64,000 nt of DNA from a virus: the IMG/VR virus record IMGVR_UViG_3300022921_001386. One strand, 5' to 3'. Under the pieces are notes generated by a model. It ran no database searches. It was given only the letters and a program-made list of their open reading frames with translations, and was not told where the DNA came from. How positions within the stretch are numbered: the first letter of the stretch is position 1; the number at the start of each line of letters is the position of its first letter. Positions 1 through 9,484 of the stretch are shown here, in pieces. The position numbers and the translations under genes were made by a program.

Positions 1-1
1 A

Positions 2-43
2 CGTTTAGGACAAATAGAGTATTTTAAACATGCTGGTAAGTGA
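2..43 (+). CDS. 3' end of a truncated upstream gene (RLGQIEYFKHAGK*)
   Basis: Frame 2 is open from the window edge to TGA at 41-43 and overlaps the next start, as in the rest of the operon. Confidence 0.4.
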   Translation, partial: RLGQIEYFKHAGK

Positions 44-227
44 GATTACAGAAAACTTTGCTGACGGTAAAGTAAAAGGCAAAAGCAGACCAGGACGAGT
101 AAAGAAGTCTGGTGCTAGTTGCAATGGTAGTGTTACAGCACTACGCAAACGTGCTAAAAATGCAAGTGGTGAAAAGGCTAAAATGTATCACTGGTGCGCT
201 AATATGAAAAGTGGTAAAAAGAAATGA
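30..227 (+). CDS. Small basic protein, putative internal head protein
   Basis: N-terminus MLVSEITE resembles T4 capsid-targeting/prohead-protease sites; Lys-rich. Confidence 0.55.
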   Translation: MLVSEITENFADGKVKGKSRPGRVKKSGASCNGSVTALRKRAKNASGEKAKMYHWCANMKSGKKK

Positions 228-337
228 CACAAGAAGAACTAGCACACTACATAGCAAAGTATAAAGAACATGAAGTGCAAAGAGCTAGTACTAACGAACG
301 CAATGCGTATTGGAGAGAATACAATGAAAATAAATGA
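224..337 (+). CDS. 37-aa hypothetical protein (not in ORF track)
   Basis: ATGA overlap with the previous stop; MTQEELAHYIAKYKEHEVQRASTNERNAYWREYNENK*. Confidence 0.5.
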   Translation: MTQEELAHYIAKYKEHEVQRASTNERNAYWREYNENK

Positions 338-503
338 ACTATTAGAAACAACTAGTGCAGGAAGCGTAGCAGCAGTAGCAGCACCAATCGGTGGTATGCA
401 ATCTCGTCAACCTAAAAACCCAGATGGTACTGCTAAAAATGCATTAGACAGTGATACATTAATGGCTGGAAAGAAAAAGAAGACTAAGAGTAAAAAGGCA
501 TAA
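324..503 (+). CDS. Small putative internal head protein
   Basis: Start re-assigned to ATG 324 (GGAG upstream); begins MKINELLE; basic tail. Confidence 0.6.
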   Translation: MKINELLETTSAGSVAAVAAPIGGMQSRQPKNPDGTAKNALDSDTLMAGKKKKTKSKKA

Positions 504-506
504 ATA
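499..506 (+). promoter_or_regulatory. T4-like late promoter candidate CATAAATA
   Basis: One mismatch to the T4 late consensus TATAAATA; lies just upstream of the gene at 534. Confidence 0.4.
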
Positions 507-533
507 CTTAAACTACTAGTATGGAGCCAATCA

Positions 534-896
534 ATGACTAAAAAAACAAATGAAGGTCTTGCAGACTTAGCTGATGTAGCTGAGCGCGACCACGAAGTAC
601 AAATGGCACGAAGCGATTTGTACAAACTTGCAAAATATTCTATCAAACTACACGAGATGCTAAAAAATGTAAGTGAAGCAGAAGGTATAGAAGGATGGCA
701 GCAAGCTAAGATTACCAAAGCAGCAGATTATATTTCAAGTGTATATCACGCATTGGATTATGACACAAAGTTTGAAAGTGTAAATGTAGCAGAAGATGCA
801 AAGCCAAAAACAATAAAACGTACATTATCTGATTCTCAAGTTAAATCTTACAAAGGCAGTTTATCTGAAAAACTTTCAACTATAACAGGGAGATAA
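534..896 (+). CDS. Hypothetical phage protein, probably head-associated
   Basis: GGAG RBS; helical core DHEVQMARSDL...WQQAKITKAADYISSVYHALDY. Confidence 0.6.
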   Translation: MTKKTNEGLADLADVAERDHEVQMARSDLYKLAKYSIKLHEMLKNVSEAEGIEGWQQAKITKAADYISSVYHALDYDTKFESVNVAEDAKPKTIKRTLSDSQVKSYKGSLSEKLSTITGR

Positions 897-898
897 TC

Positions 899-1105
899 AT
901 GAGAATACGTGAGCTATTTGAATCAGCAACTCTATGCAACGAATGCGGAAATCCTAGTTGGAAAACACTCGAGTCAGATGATCTTGATGAAGGTAAAAAG
1001 AAAAAGAAATCAACCAAGAAAAAAGGCAGCCACGGTAAAGTGTGCTGGAAGGGCTATCGCAGAGGTAAAGGTGATAGTTGTCATAAAGTAAAAGGGGACG
1101 GTTAA
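899..1105 (+). CDS. Small basic Cys-containing putative internal head protein
   Basis: MRIRELFE start, CxxC, CWKGY motif, poly-Lys. Confidence 0.55.
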   Translation: MRIRELFESATLCNECGNPSWKTLESDDLDEGKKKKKSTKKKGSHGKVCWKGYRRGKGDSCHKVKGDG

Positions 1106-1746
1106 TGGACTTTAATGCACTACAACACAAACTATTTGCAATGGATCCAGTTGATCCTAAAGAAGATATAGCAAGAATGAAAGCACAAGCTGCCGCTCCA
1201 GCAGTTGAAAGCAATAGCATTGACTATATTAACGAGAGTGCTATAGTTCCTGAAGGTTCCTTAAAAATGGATCGTGATTATAGTGTAACAGATTTTGCTG
1301 CACTAGCAGGTGTTACTATAACTGAATCACAAAGAACTGGCAGTGCTGGACAAGCAAAAGCCAATGCACCGATGCCGGCGGCAAAACCAGGGCGTACTAC
1401 ACATCCATTAAAAGATAAACTAGTAGGTGAATGCGCTGATGATACAGTTCGCATAGAAAAACTTGAAGATAAAATTAAATCACTAGAAGCTATTGTTATA
1501 AAACTAGCTGCAAAAGCAGGATTAGTTGAACGTGAACTTAGTAACGACGAAGAAAAAGAAAAAGAACGTCTTGTTAAGGGCATGAAGAAAAACAAAAGCG
1601 ATTTCAAAGATCGTTACGGAGATGATGCAGAAGCAGTTATGTATGCTACTGCTACAAAACGTGCAAAACAAACCGCAAGTGTGGATTATTCAGATGATAT
1701 TAAAACAAGATTGTATGATGCGTTAAATAAGAAAATGGGTGTATAA
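1105..1746 (+). CDS. Putative prohead core/internal protein
   Basis: TAATG coupling; several (I/L/V)xE sites; C-terminal RYGDDAEAVMYATATK. Confidence 0.55.
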   Translation: MDFNALQHKLFAMDPVDPKEDIARMKAQAAAPAVESNSIDYINESAIVPEGSLKMDRDYSVTDFAALAGVTITESQRTGSAGQAKANAPMPAAKPGRTTHPLKDKLVGECADDTVRIEKLEDKIKSLEAIVIKLAAKAGLVERELSNDEEKEKERLVKGMKKNKSDFKDRYGDDAEAVMYATATKRAKQTASVDYSDDIKTRLYDALNKKMGV

Positions 1747-4409
1747 TGAAACTAAACGAGTTTATCGTTGAAAATGTTTTAAAACAATTTAGGACAGCAG
1801 CAGGTCCAGGACTTTCAATGAATAATCCCGGTAATCCCGATGGCAGTCATGTTGTAGAAATCAAACGAGCTTTAAAGAAGCATACTCTTGTAACAGGAAA
1901 AACACAAAATGGCAGTTTTCAAACTGCTGGGCCTGCATGGTCAGGTGATGAGTCAGGAACTTGGGATCAAACATTAGACGATGCTATTAAAACTTGGAAA
2001 AATAGTATCAACATACAAGTTAATAATCCAAACGAACTAAACACTGCTTTAGGAGAACTACGAGAAAAAGATATTCGCTATCTTATTAGTACTAGTCTTT
2101 TTCCAGCTGGAAGCGGATCTATGGCAGGATTGCTACAAATAGGCAACAGTGGCACAACTCCTGGAAATCAAAATACTACTGCTACCTGGGAAGGACAAGA
2201 AGTTGATGTAAATCATGTTATTGATACTCCAGTTGGACAAGTAACTGATACAGCACAAATGATTGCTGCTATTGGCTTTAGTGGCTGGTATTTTATTCTA
2301 CAAGAACTACTTAACAAACGTGAAGAAAACACACAAGGAATACAACAAAGTCGAAACGCAAGACTAGCCGAACTCAATAGAATGATGGTAACCATCTATG
2401 AAAGACAAAATGAGCTTGGATCTAGATGGCTAGAGGAAGTATGGAAAAGAGGAGTTGTCCTTAAAATAAGTGACGGACTGACTGCTACTCTTGCAAATGG
2501 CGAGGAAATGGAGTTTTCACCGCCAAACTGGCGCAATGGGTCAATGCGTGAAGAAGCACAACAACTTTACGAATATTTTAGACAACTTGCAACAGGATTA
2601 ATAGCCAAGTTTAAACAACAAGACTCCGAAGCTGATGCAGCAAGAAATGCTCCAGATGTAGTTGATACACCTACATTAGATGCAACTACTACAACAGCAT
2701 GGGTTACTGCAATGAATCAGGCATTCGAAAATAGTATTGGTGCAGGTATTATACCAGGGGGTCGAGGATTTGGATATGATCGTGAAAAGATCAGCGATCT
2801 AATGAATCAACTAAACACAGCAGGAGATTGGGACCAAGTTGAGGAAGCATACGATGCACAGTTTGAAGATCTATCAACACAGCTAGTTGATGAACTTAGC
2901 GAAGCTGATTATCAAGCCCTAGTTATAAGACGACTTACTGCATTAAGAAGAATAAATCCAAAACTGTTGTATGCATCTATTGTTTGGGGACAAGACACTG
3001 ATAGCATGGATGTTAGTATTGATGATGACACCTATACTGTTGTTAAACAGTTAGATAGTAATGGGTTTCCTGTGGTCAACAAAGGCAGACGTGAAGTTAA
3101 CGATGTATTAGTTATTGATGATGCATTGAAGGCAGCGATTGAACTATCTGGTGGAACTGTTCCTGATCTAAACATTGAAGCTAATGAAGAACACCGTGCA
3201 ATGGGCGGCGCTATTATTGTAACAGTAATAAACGATCGTGTTCCAGAAATGACAGCGTTTTATACAATGCAAGATCCGTTTAGTGAATCACAGTTTAAAT
3301 CATTAGGTCCGAGACGGTTGCTAGGTATAAGTGAAGGTGCTGCGGTGCTTGTAGCAAATGGTTCAAGTGAAGAATCTGTTGCACAATGGATACACGGACA
3401 AGTTATAGACGATAGACTTTGGCTTATTGGCGATGAATCTCAAGATATCGAAGGTGCTGCTAATGTTCATTTTGATAGTAGGTATAGAGACGAAAGTGAA
3501 CAATCAGACGGATTCGAAAGCGATGATGATGATGTTGAAAATACAGAACTCGAAACTGATCTTATAAACAGATTATTCAGTCCTGATGCACGAAATGCTG
3601 CATTGGCAGAACTTGGACAAATATCTCCAGACACAGAACTACAAAGAGTATATGACAGAGTTTATCGCGGATATCAAAGTACACACGGCAAATGGCTAGA
3701 CGAAGATATTACACAAGTAAGCGAATTAGAAAACTATGTAGAAGGTGATCAAAACAATATTCCAGATGGCTTTAAATCTATCATGGGTAAAATAGGCATT
3801 CCATATGCTGCACCAACACTGATGGCCCAAATATTTAAAGAAAGTATGGAACCTGGATGGTTTGGTTGGGGAACTGATGATAATCTATTAGGTGCGTTGA
3901 TTGCACAAATAAGAAATAGAGAAGATTATTTACAAGTAAATGAAAGATACAAAGCAAAATACGGTAGCGACTTAATCGACGATGTTGATGCAGAGGATAG
4001 TAGTTGGAAACTCAACAATGATGGTGAATTTGTTGAAGCACTTAAACTTGCTATTGGAGAAGATGTTGATATTACACGAGAAGGTATAAGCACGCCTGCT
4101 ATGAGAGCATTTTCTACAATGCGTAACGAACCTACAGAAAATAATATTGCAGCCTTTAGAGCAAAGATTAGTAAATCTAACTTTGATAGTGTTGGCGCAG
4201 TAATGTATATACTAGATGAAATCAATAATATTGTATTAGCAACTCCAGGTGCATCACCGGAACAACAAGAAGAGTTTTTACAAATCATTGCAGATTTTGA
4301 AGAAACATTTGAAGGTGAAAGAGCTGAGCGTAGAGGATATAGTGCGCCAAAGTTTGAAGATATAATTGCTGACTGGAAACTAAACAACAGCGATCAATGG
4401 TTTCAATAA
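1746..4409 (+). CDS. 887-aa acidic virion/ejection-type protein with peptidoglycan-binding-like and annexin-like repeats
   Basis: MKLNEFIVE start; VVEIKRAL...GTWDQTLDDAIKTWK resembles PG_binding_1; GWGTDDNLL...YKAKYGSDLIDDVDAE resembles the annexin repeat. Confidence 0.6.
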   Translation: MKLNEFIVENVLKQFRTAAGPGLSMNNPGNPDGSHVVEIKRALKKHTLVTGKTQNGSFQTAGPAWSGDESGTWDQTLDDAIKTWKNSINIQVNNPNELNTALGELREKDIRYLISTSLFPAGSGSMAGLLQIGNSGTTPGNQNTTATWEGQEVDVNHVIDTPVGQVTDTAQMIAAIGFSGWYFILQELLNKREENTQGIQQSRNARLAELNRMMVTIYERQNELGSRWLEEVWKRGVVLKISDGLTATLANGEEMEFSPPNWRNGSMREEAQQLYEYFRQLATGLIAKFKQQDSEADAARNAPDVVDTPTLDATTTTAWVTAMNQAFENSIGAGIIPGGRGFGYDREKISDLMNQLNTAGDWDQVEEAYDAQFEDLSTQLVDELSEADYQALVIRRLTALRRINPKLLYASIVWGQDTDSMDVSIDDDTYTVVKQLDSNGFPVVNKGRREVNDVLVIDDALKAAIELSGGTVPDLNIEANEEHRAMGGAIIVTVINDRVPEMTAFYTMQDPFSESQFKSLGPRRLLGISEGAAVLVANGSSEESVAQWIHGQVIDDRLWLIGDESQDIEGAANVHFDSRYRDESEQSDGFESDDDDVENTELETDLINRLFSPDARNAALAELGQISPDTELQRVYDRVYRGYQSTHGKWLDEDITQVSELENYVEGDQNNIPDGFKSIMGKIGIPYAAPTLMAQIFKESMEPGWFGWGTDDNLLGALIAQIRNREDYLQVNERYKAKYGSDLIDDVDAEDSSWKLNNDGEFVEALKLAIGEDVDITREGISTPAMRAFSTMRNEPTENNIAAFRAKISKSNFDSVGAVMYILDEINNIVLATPGASPEQQEEFLQIIADFEETFEGERAERRGYSAPKFEDIIADWKLNNSDQWFQ

Positions 4410-5086
4410 TAGTGGACGAGTACGATTTAGACGAGCACGAACTTTATCTAAAATATCCACAACATCACAAATGGTGGAATAAACTTTATCTAGCAGAAAC
4501 CATGGGCTATAGTTGTGGTCCAGGGGGTGTAAGAATACCCAGCACAGGCGAATATGTAATACGTCCTATATACAATCTTATAGGCATGGGTGTGTGTACA
4601 ACTATAAAAGTATTAAAACAAGGTGATTGTACCAGCACACCTCCGGGTTACTTTTGGTGCGAATACTTAGAAGGCAATCATTACAGTGCTACATACGAAA
4701 ATATCAACGGTACATGGAAACCTTTACACTGCTGGCAAGGATTTAACCGGAAATCAAATGTTGTAAAGTTTAATAAATGGATACGCAGTGATTATACACC
4801 AACCATTCCCAAAGCTATTGCTAATATAAATAATGTAAAGTATATCAACATTGAATACAAAGGCGACAATCCTATTGAGTTGCATTTTCGTCCTAGTGGC
4901 AATCCAGATGGTACATCGATTAGTAAGTGGAATGAATATATTCCTATATGGCATGATACTACACAGTTTGAAAAAGACAAACTAGTTGACCAAGGATACA
5001 CTTGGATAGATAATCCGTATGATAACTGGATGGAAGACATGGAGCCGTATTTGAACGAAAGGCGGCTCGGGTACTATGTACGGTAG
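4397..5086 (+). CDS. ATP-grasp-like protein
   Basis: YVIRPIYNLIGMG, FWCEYLEG.HYS and INIEY...IELHFR follow the order of ATP-grasp motifs. Confidence 0.45.
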   Translation: MVSIIVDEYDLDEHELYLKYPQHHKWWNKLYLAETMGYSCGPGGVRIPSTGEYVIRPIYNLIGMGVCTTIKVLKQGDCTSTPPGYFWCEYLEGNHYSATYENINGTWKPLHCWQGFNRKSNVVKFNKWIRSDYTPTIPKAIANINNVKYINIEYKGDNPIELHFRPSGNPDGTSISKWNEYIPIWHDTTQFEKDKLVDQGYTWIDNPYDNWMEDMEPYLNERRLGYYVR

Positions 5087-5513
5087 AATTGATTTATCCA
5101 AAGTAAAATACAAACTAGATCCTGACATTTTTTTGCACAAACCTAGTTGGAAAGAAGCAGCACACGTATACAATGTCTATTGTAAATACAAAAACTTTGA
5201 TAGTGTGTTTCCATTGTATAGTGATGATATTTTACAGAATGATTTTCATTGTTTGTATATAGACAATAAACTTGTAGCATGGGAACAAACAAGAACATAT
5301 ACAAATGACAAAGTTGCATTTAGTGATCAGTTTGCATGGGATTACAGCAATCCAGAAGATAGAGTTGGTTGGAGATTTAGCTACCACGTTCCGGCTTATT
5401 ACAAGTCACAAGGTTATAAGTATCTATACTTAGGAGATCACCACGACTATAAAAGTCGTATTCAAGGATACGAAATATTAGGTCCAATAAAAACACTTGA
5501 CAACAAAACATAA
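5076..5513 (+). CDS. Aminoacyl-tRNA-protein transferase (ATE/Bpt) C-terminal-like GNAT domain
   Basis: YIDNKLVAW, FAWDYSNP and GYKYLYLG...YKSR resemble the ATE C-terminal domain. Confidence 0.5.
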   Translation: MYGRIDLSKVKYKLDPDIFLHKPSWKEAAHVYNVYCKYKNFDSVFPLYSDDILQNDFHCLYIDNKLVAWEQTRTYTNDKVAFSDQFAWDYSNPEDRVGWRFSYHVPAYYKSQGYKYLYLGDHHDYKSRIQGYEILGPIKTLDNKT

Positions 5514-5525
5514 CTACTGTATATT
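5497..5525 (+). promoter_or_regulatory. Sigma70-type promoter
   Basis: TTGACA-17 bp-TATATT upstream of the gene at 5550. Confidence 0.7.
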
Positions 5526-5549
5526 AAACTTAATAAAAAGGAGTATTGC

Positions 5550-5813
5550 ATGAGCGATAGAGTATATGGACAAGAAGAAAAAGCCAAGCTAGAACGTCTA
5601 GTTAAAGAAGGTGTAACTGTACTACAGGAAATCGAAGATCTGCAAGGCGGATTAAAAGAAACTGTAAAAGCAGTTGCCGAAGAACTAAATGTTAAACCAA
5701 GTCTTATTAACAAAGCCATCAAAGTTGCACAAAAACGTGACTGGAGTCGAGTTGCAGACGAATATGAAGATCTTGAAACTATTGTTGCTACAGTAGGATA
5801 CGATACGGAGTGA
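5550..5813 (+). CDS. T4 DsbA/GapR-like dsDNA-binding protein
   Basis: 87-aa coiled coil EIEDLQGGLKETVKAVAEELNVKPSLINKAIK; AGGAG RBS. Confidence 0.6.
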   Translation: MSDRVYGQEEKAKLERLVKEGVTVLQEIEDLQGGLKETVKAVAEELNVKPSLINKAIKVAQKRDWSRVADEYEDLETIVATVGYDTE

Positions 5814-5853
5814 ATGAAAAGAAATATAGTATAGTGAATAATAAGGAGACTCC

Positions 5854-8541
5854 ATGCCATACGTAGACGCATTTTTTGACAGAGATTCGGATATTATTCG
5901 AGTAGTTGAACGCAAGGACGGAAAAAGACATTTCCATGAATATCAATCAAAGTACACATTTTATTGTGAAGATCCGCGTGGTAAGTACAAAAGCATCTAC
6001 GGCGACCAACTAAGTCGGATTGTATGCAAAAACACAAAAGACTTTAGAAAAGAACTTGCTATCAACCGTGGCAAAAACTTGTTTGAAAGTGACATTAATC
6101 CAATCTTTCAGTGTTTGAGTGAAAACTATCTTAATCAAGATGCACCAAAGTTGAATGTAGCGTTTTGGGACATCGAAACCGACTTTGATCCAGAGCGTGG
6201 ATTTGCTCCAGTCGAAGATCCGTTTATGCCGATCACTGCTATCACTGTGTGCTTACAGTGGTTAGATAGTGCGCTAATAACTGTTGCTATGCCTCCCAAA
6301 GGCATGCCACTTGAAGAAGCAACAGCAATGTGCAAAAAACGCTGGGGTGATAATACTTGTATACTTTTTCCCAACAGCGAAGCAGGCGAAGGACAAATGC
6401 TTAGTATGTTCTTGGACTTGATTGAAGATGCTGATATCCACAGCGGATGGAACAGTGAAGGATACGATGTTCCATACACAGTTAACCGTATTAAACGTGT
6501 ACTAAGCAGTGATGATACACGTAGATTCTGCTTATGGGGACAAAAGCCCAAGCGTAGAGAATATGAAAAGTTTGGTAAGACAAGTGAGACATATGATACT
6601 ATCGGAAGAGTACATATGGACTATCTCAACTTGTATCGCAAGTATACATACGAAGAACGTCATACATATCGACTGGATGCCATCGGCGAACTGGAAGTAG
6701 GAGAGAACAAAACTGTATATGAAGGTACACTTGATCAGCTGTACAACAATGACTTTGAAACTTTTATTGAATACAACAGACAAGACGTTGCACTGTTAGA
6801 CAAACTAGACAAGAAACTAAAATTTATCGATCTTGCAAATGTACTAGCACACGAAAATACTGTGTTACTACAAACCACAATGGGTGCTGTTGCACTTACT
6901 GAGCAGGCTATTGTTAACGAGTCGCATAGACGTGGTATGCAAGTGCCGAATAGAAAACAACACGAAGGAAACACAGCAGCAGCAGGCGCATATGTTGCAT
7001 TTCCTAAAAAAGGTGTGCATGAATGGGTTGGATCAATGGACTTAAACAGCCTGTATCCAAGTGTTATTCGTGCATTAAATATGGGCCCCGAAACTGTAGT
7101 TGGTCAAATACGTTTGGATATTAGTGACGAGCGTATTCACAATGATACAACGCTAAAAAAGAAGAGCTTTGCAGGCAGCTGGGAAGGACGTTTTGCAACT
7201 GAAGAATATGAAGCAGTTATGGAACAAAAACGTGATGTAATGCTTACATTAGATTTAGAAAACGGGCAGGAAGAAGTGCTGAGTGCAGCAGAAGTTTGGA
7301 AGTTGATTTATGATAGTCATCAGCCATGGATGCTTAGTTCAAACGGTACAATCTTTACAAACGAGTTTGAAGGTGTTATTCCAGGACTACTAAAACGTTG
7401 GTACAGCGAACGTAAAGATCTACAAAAGAATCTTAAAAAAGCAAAAGATGCTAAGAACGAAGTAGAGATTGAATACTGGGATAAACGTCAGTTGGTTAAG
7501 AAGATTAACTTGAACAGTTTGTATGGTGCTATTCTCAATCCAGGTTGTAGATTCTTTGACAAGCGTATTGGACAGAGTACAACGCTAACAGGTAGAACTA
7601 TTGTTAAACATATGAGTGCAGAGGTTAATAAGATTATTACTGGTGAGTATGATCATGTTGGTAAAGCTGTTATCTATGGCGATACTGACTCTGTGTATTT
7701 TAGTGCATATCCTGTACTAAAAGATGACATTGCAGCGGGAAAGATTCCGTGGACCAAAGATAATGTAATAAAACTTTATGACCAAGTGTGCGAGCAGGCA
7801 AACGAAACATTTCCAGAAATGATGCTAAAAGCATTTCATTGTCCAAAGAGTCGTAGCGATGTTATTGCAGCAGGTAGAGAGATTGTTGCTGAAACTGGGC
7901 TGTTTATCACTAAGAAACGCTATGCAGCACTAGTGTACGACATTGAAGGATTTAGAACAGATGAAGATGGAAAACTAGGCAAAGTCAAAGCAATGGGCCT
8001 GGACTTGAAGCGTAGTGATACGCCGGTGTTTATGCAGGATTTCTTAAAAGAGTTGCTTGATATGGTACTACAGAAAAAACCTGAAGCAGAACTACTTGAA
8101 GCTATTAGTCAGTTTAGACGTGATTTCAAAGAACGTCCAGGGTTTGAAAAAGGTAGTCCAAAACGTGCAAACAAGATTGGACACTATCAGCGTCTTGAAG
8201 AGAAGCAAGGCAAAGCAAACATGCCCGGACACGTAAGAGCAAGTATCAACTGGAATACACTAAAGCGTATGAACGGTGACAAATACTCACAAGAAATCGT
8301 CGACGGTATGAAGGTTATTGTTTGTAAACTAAAACAAAATCCACTAGGATATACAAGTGTTGCATATCCAACAGATGAACTACGTATTCCGGATTGGTTC
8401 AAAGAACTGCCATTTGATGGCGATGCTATGGAAGAAGTTATTATTGACAACAAACTAGACAACTTGATTGGTGTGCTGGACTATGACTTAGAAAGTACAA
8501 AACAAAAAACTACATTTAATAACTTATTTGATTGGAGTTAA
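5854..8541 (+). CDS. Family B DNA polymerase (T4 gp43-like)
   Basis: Exo motifs DIETD, GWNSEGYD, YNRQDV; Pol motifs DLNSLYPS, KINLNSLYG, YGDTDS. Confidence 0.97.
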   Translation: MPYVDAFFDRDSDIIRVVERKDGKRHFHEYQSKYTFYCEDPRGKYKSIYGDQLSRIVCKNTKDFRKELAINRGKNLFESDINPIFQCLSENYLNQDAPKLNVAFWDIETDFDPERGFAPVEDPFMPITAITVCLQWLDSALITVAMPPKGMPLEEATAMCKKRWGDNTCILFPNSEAGEGQMLSMFLDLIEDADIHSGWNSEGYDVPYTVNRIKRVLSSDDTRRFCLWGQKPKRREYEKFGKTSETYDTIGRVHMDYLNLYRKYTYEERHTYRLDAIGELEVGENKTVYEGTLDQLYNNDFETFIEYNRQDVALLDKLDKKLKFIDLANVLAHENTVLLQTTMGAVALTEQAIVNESHRRGMQVPNRKQHEGNTAAAGAYVAFPKKGVHEWVGSMDLNSLYPSVIRALNMGPETVVGQIRLDISDERIHNDTTLKKKSFAGSWEGRFATEEYEAVMEQKRDVMLTLDLENGQEEVLSAAEVWKLIYDSHQPWMLSSNGTIFTNEFEGVIPGLLKRWYSERKDLQKNLKKAKDAKNEVEIEYWDKRQLVKKINLNSLYGAILNPGCRFFDKRIGQSTTLTGRTIVKHMSAEVNKIITGEYDHVGKAVIYGDTDSVYFSAYPVLKDDIAAGKIPWTKDNVIKLYDQVCEQANETFPEMMLKAFHCPKSRSDVIAAGREIVAETGLFITKKRYAALVYDIEGFRTDEDGKLGKVKAMGLDLKRSDTPVFMQDFLKELLDMVLQKKPEAELLEAISQFRRDFKERPGFEKGSPKRANKIGHYQRLEEKQGKANMPGHVRASINWNTLKRMNGDKYSQEIVDGMKVIVCKLKQNPLGYTSVAYPTDELRIPDWFKELPFDGDAMEEVIIDNKLDNLIGVLDYDLESTKQKTTFNNLFDWS

Positions 8542-8542
8542 T

Positions 8543-8962
8543 ATGAAAGTAGGTATTACATTTAGTGCATTTGATTTACTTCATGCCGGACACATCGGCA
8601 TGTTACGTGAAGCAAGAGCAAACTGCGATTATCTTATTGTAGGGTTGCAAACAGATCCTACAATCGATCGGGCCGATACCAAAAACAAACCAGTGCAAAC
8701 TCTAGTTGAACGCTATGCGCAACTTAATGCACTCAAGTTTATTGACGAGATTGTGCCATACGAAACTGAGCAGGACTTAATGGATATACTAGAGCTGTTT
8801 CAAATTGATGTAAGGTTCTTAGGCGAAGAATACAAAGAAGACGAGTTTAGTGGCAAAGATATATGTCGCAAGCGAGGTATTCAACTGCATTTTAACAAGC
8901 GTGATCACAGATTCAGCACAAGTGATTTACGCAAACGAGTTGCTGAAAGAGAGAACAAATGA
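8543..8962 (+). CDS. Cytidylyltransferase-like protein (TagD/RfaE family)
   Basis: FSAFDLLHAGH (HxGH), LIVGL, STSDLR. Confidence 0.88.
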   Translation: MKVGITFSAFDLLHAGHIGMLREARANCDYLIVGLQTDPTIDRADTKNKPVQTLVERYAQLNALKFIDEIVPYETEQDLMDILELFQIDVRFLGEEYKEDEFSGKDICRKRGIQLHFNKRDHRFSTSDLRKRVAERENK

Positions 8963-9150
8963 TTAAAGCATTTTGGACTGGGTTCAAACAAGGGTTTAAG
9001 CAAGGGTTTAAGCAGTTTTTTTGGATAGGTATAGCACTTGGTGTCGGAACATCACTAGGTAGTTGGAGTCATCCTTATGAACAGTGTAAGCGTATGTACG
9101 ACACGCCTGAAGATATTTCAGAGTGTGTTTGGATTAAGGAGGCTGAATAA
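8959..9150 (+). CDS. Small membrane protein with GFKQ x3 repeat
   Basis: ATGA coupling; hydrophobic FFWIGIALGVG segment. Confidence 0.6.
   Translation: MIKAFWTGFKQGFKQGFKQFFWIGIALGVGTSLGSWSHPYEQCKRMYDTPEDISECVWIKEAE
8980..9015 (+). repeat. Imperfect 12-bp tandem repeat x3
   Basis: gggttcaaacaa / gggtttaagcaa / gggtttaagcag. Confidence 0.85.
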
Positions 9151-9314
9151 TGAGTGAAGCAGCCGCAGCAATTGTGTTAGCGTTTAATGTAGGTGTTATG
9201 CTGGGCATTGGAGTAGCAACAGCAGAATGGAGCCTCATTTTTGGTGCTGCTGTATTACTGTTTGTAACTGTATGTTATTATCATAATTTTGTAAAACCCA
9301 AGGAGAATCCGTGA
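9150..9314 (+). CDS. 54-aa two-TM membrane protein (not in ORF track)
   Basis: AGGAGG RBS, TAATG coupling; MSEAAAAIVLAFNVGVMLGIG... Confidence 0.65.
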   Translation: MSEAAAAIVLAFNVGVMLGIGVATAEWSLIFGAAVLLFVTVCYYHNFVKPKENP

Positions 9315-9484
9315 TGAGCAAATATACAAAAGCATTAACCGCCGAACAGTTGATACAATATATTGCTATTGATCGTCCTGAAATGTCACATGATAAAGTT
9401 AAGTGGCAGAGAGATCATTATATTAAAATCTGTCTTGAATGGTTAGAGGAGAATGTCAATGTGGACACTGTGGATCGTAAGTAG
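9314..9484 (+). CDS. 56-aa hypothetical protein (not in ORF track)
   Basis: AGGAG RBS, TGATG coupling; MSKYTKALTAEQL... Confidence 0.6.
   Translation: MSKYTKALTAEQLIQYIAIDRPEMSHDKVKWQRDHYIKICLEWLEENVNVDTVDRK

Noticed and set aside
5854-8541. Intein or intron in the DNA polymerase
   Set aside because: ORF is continuous; no intein termini or LAGLIDADG motifs; the extra segment between motifs A and B does not look self-splicing
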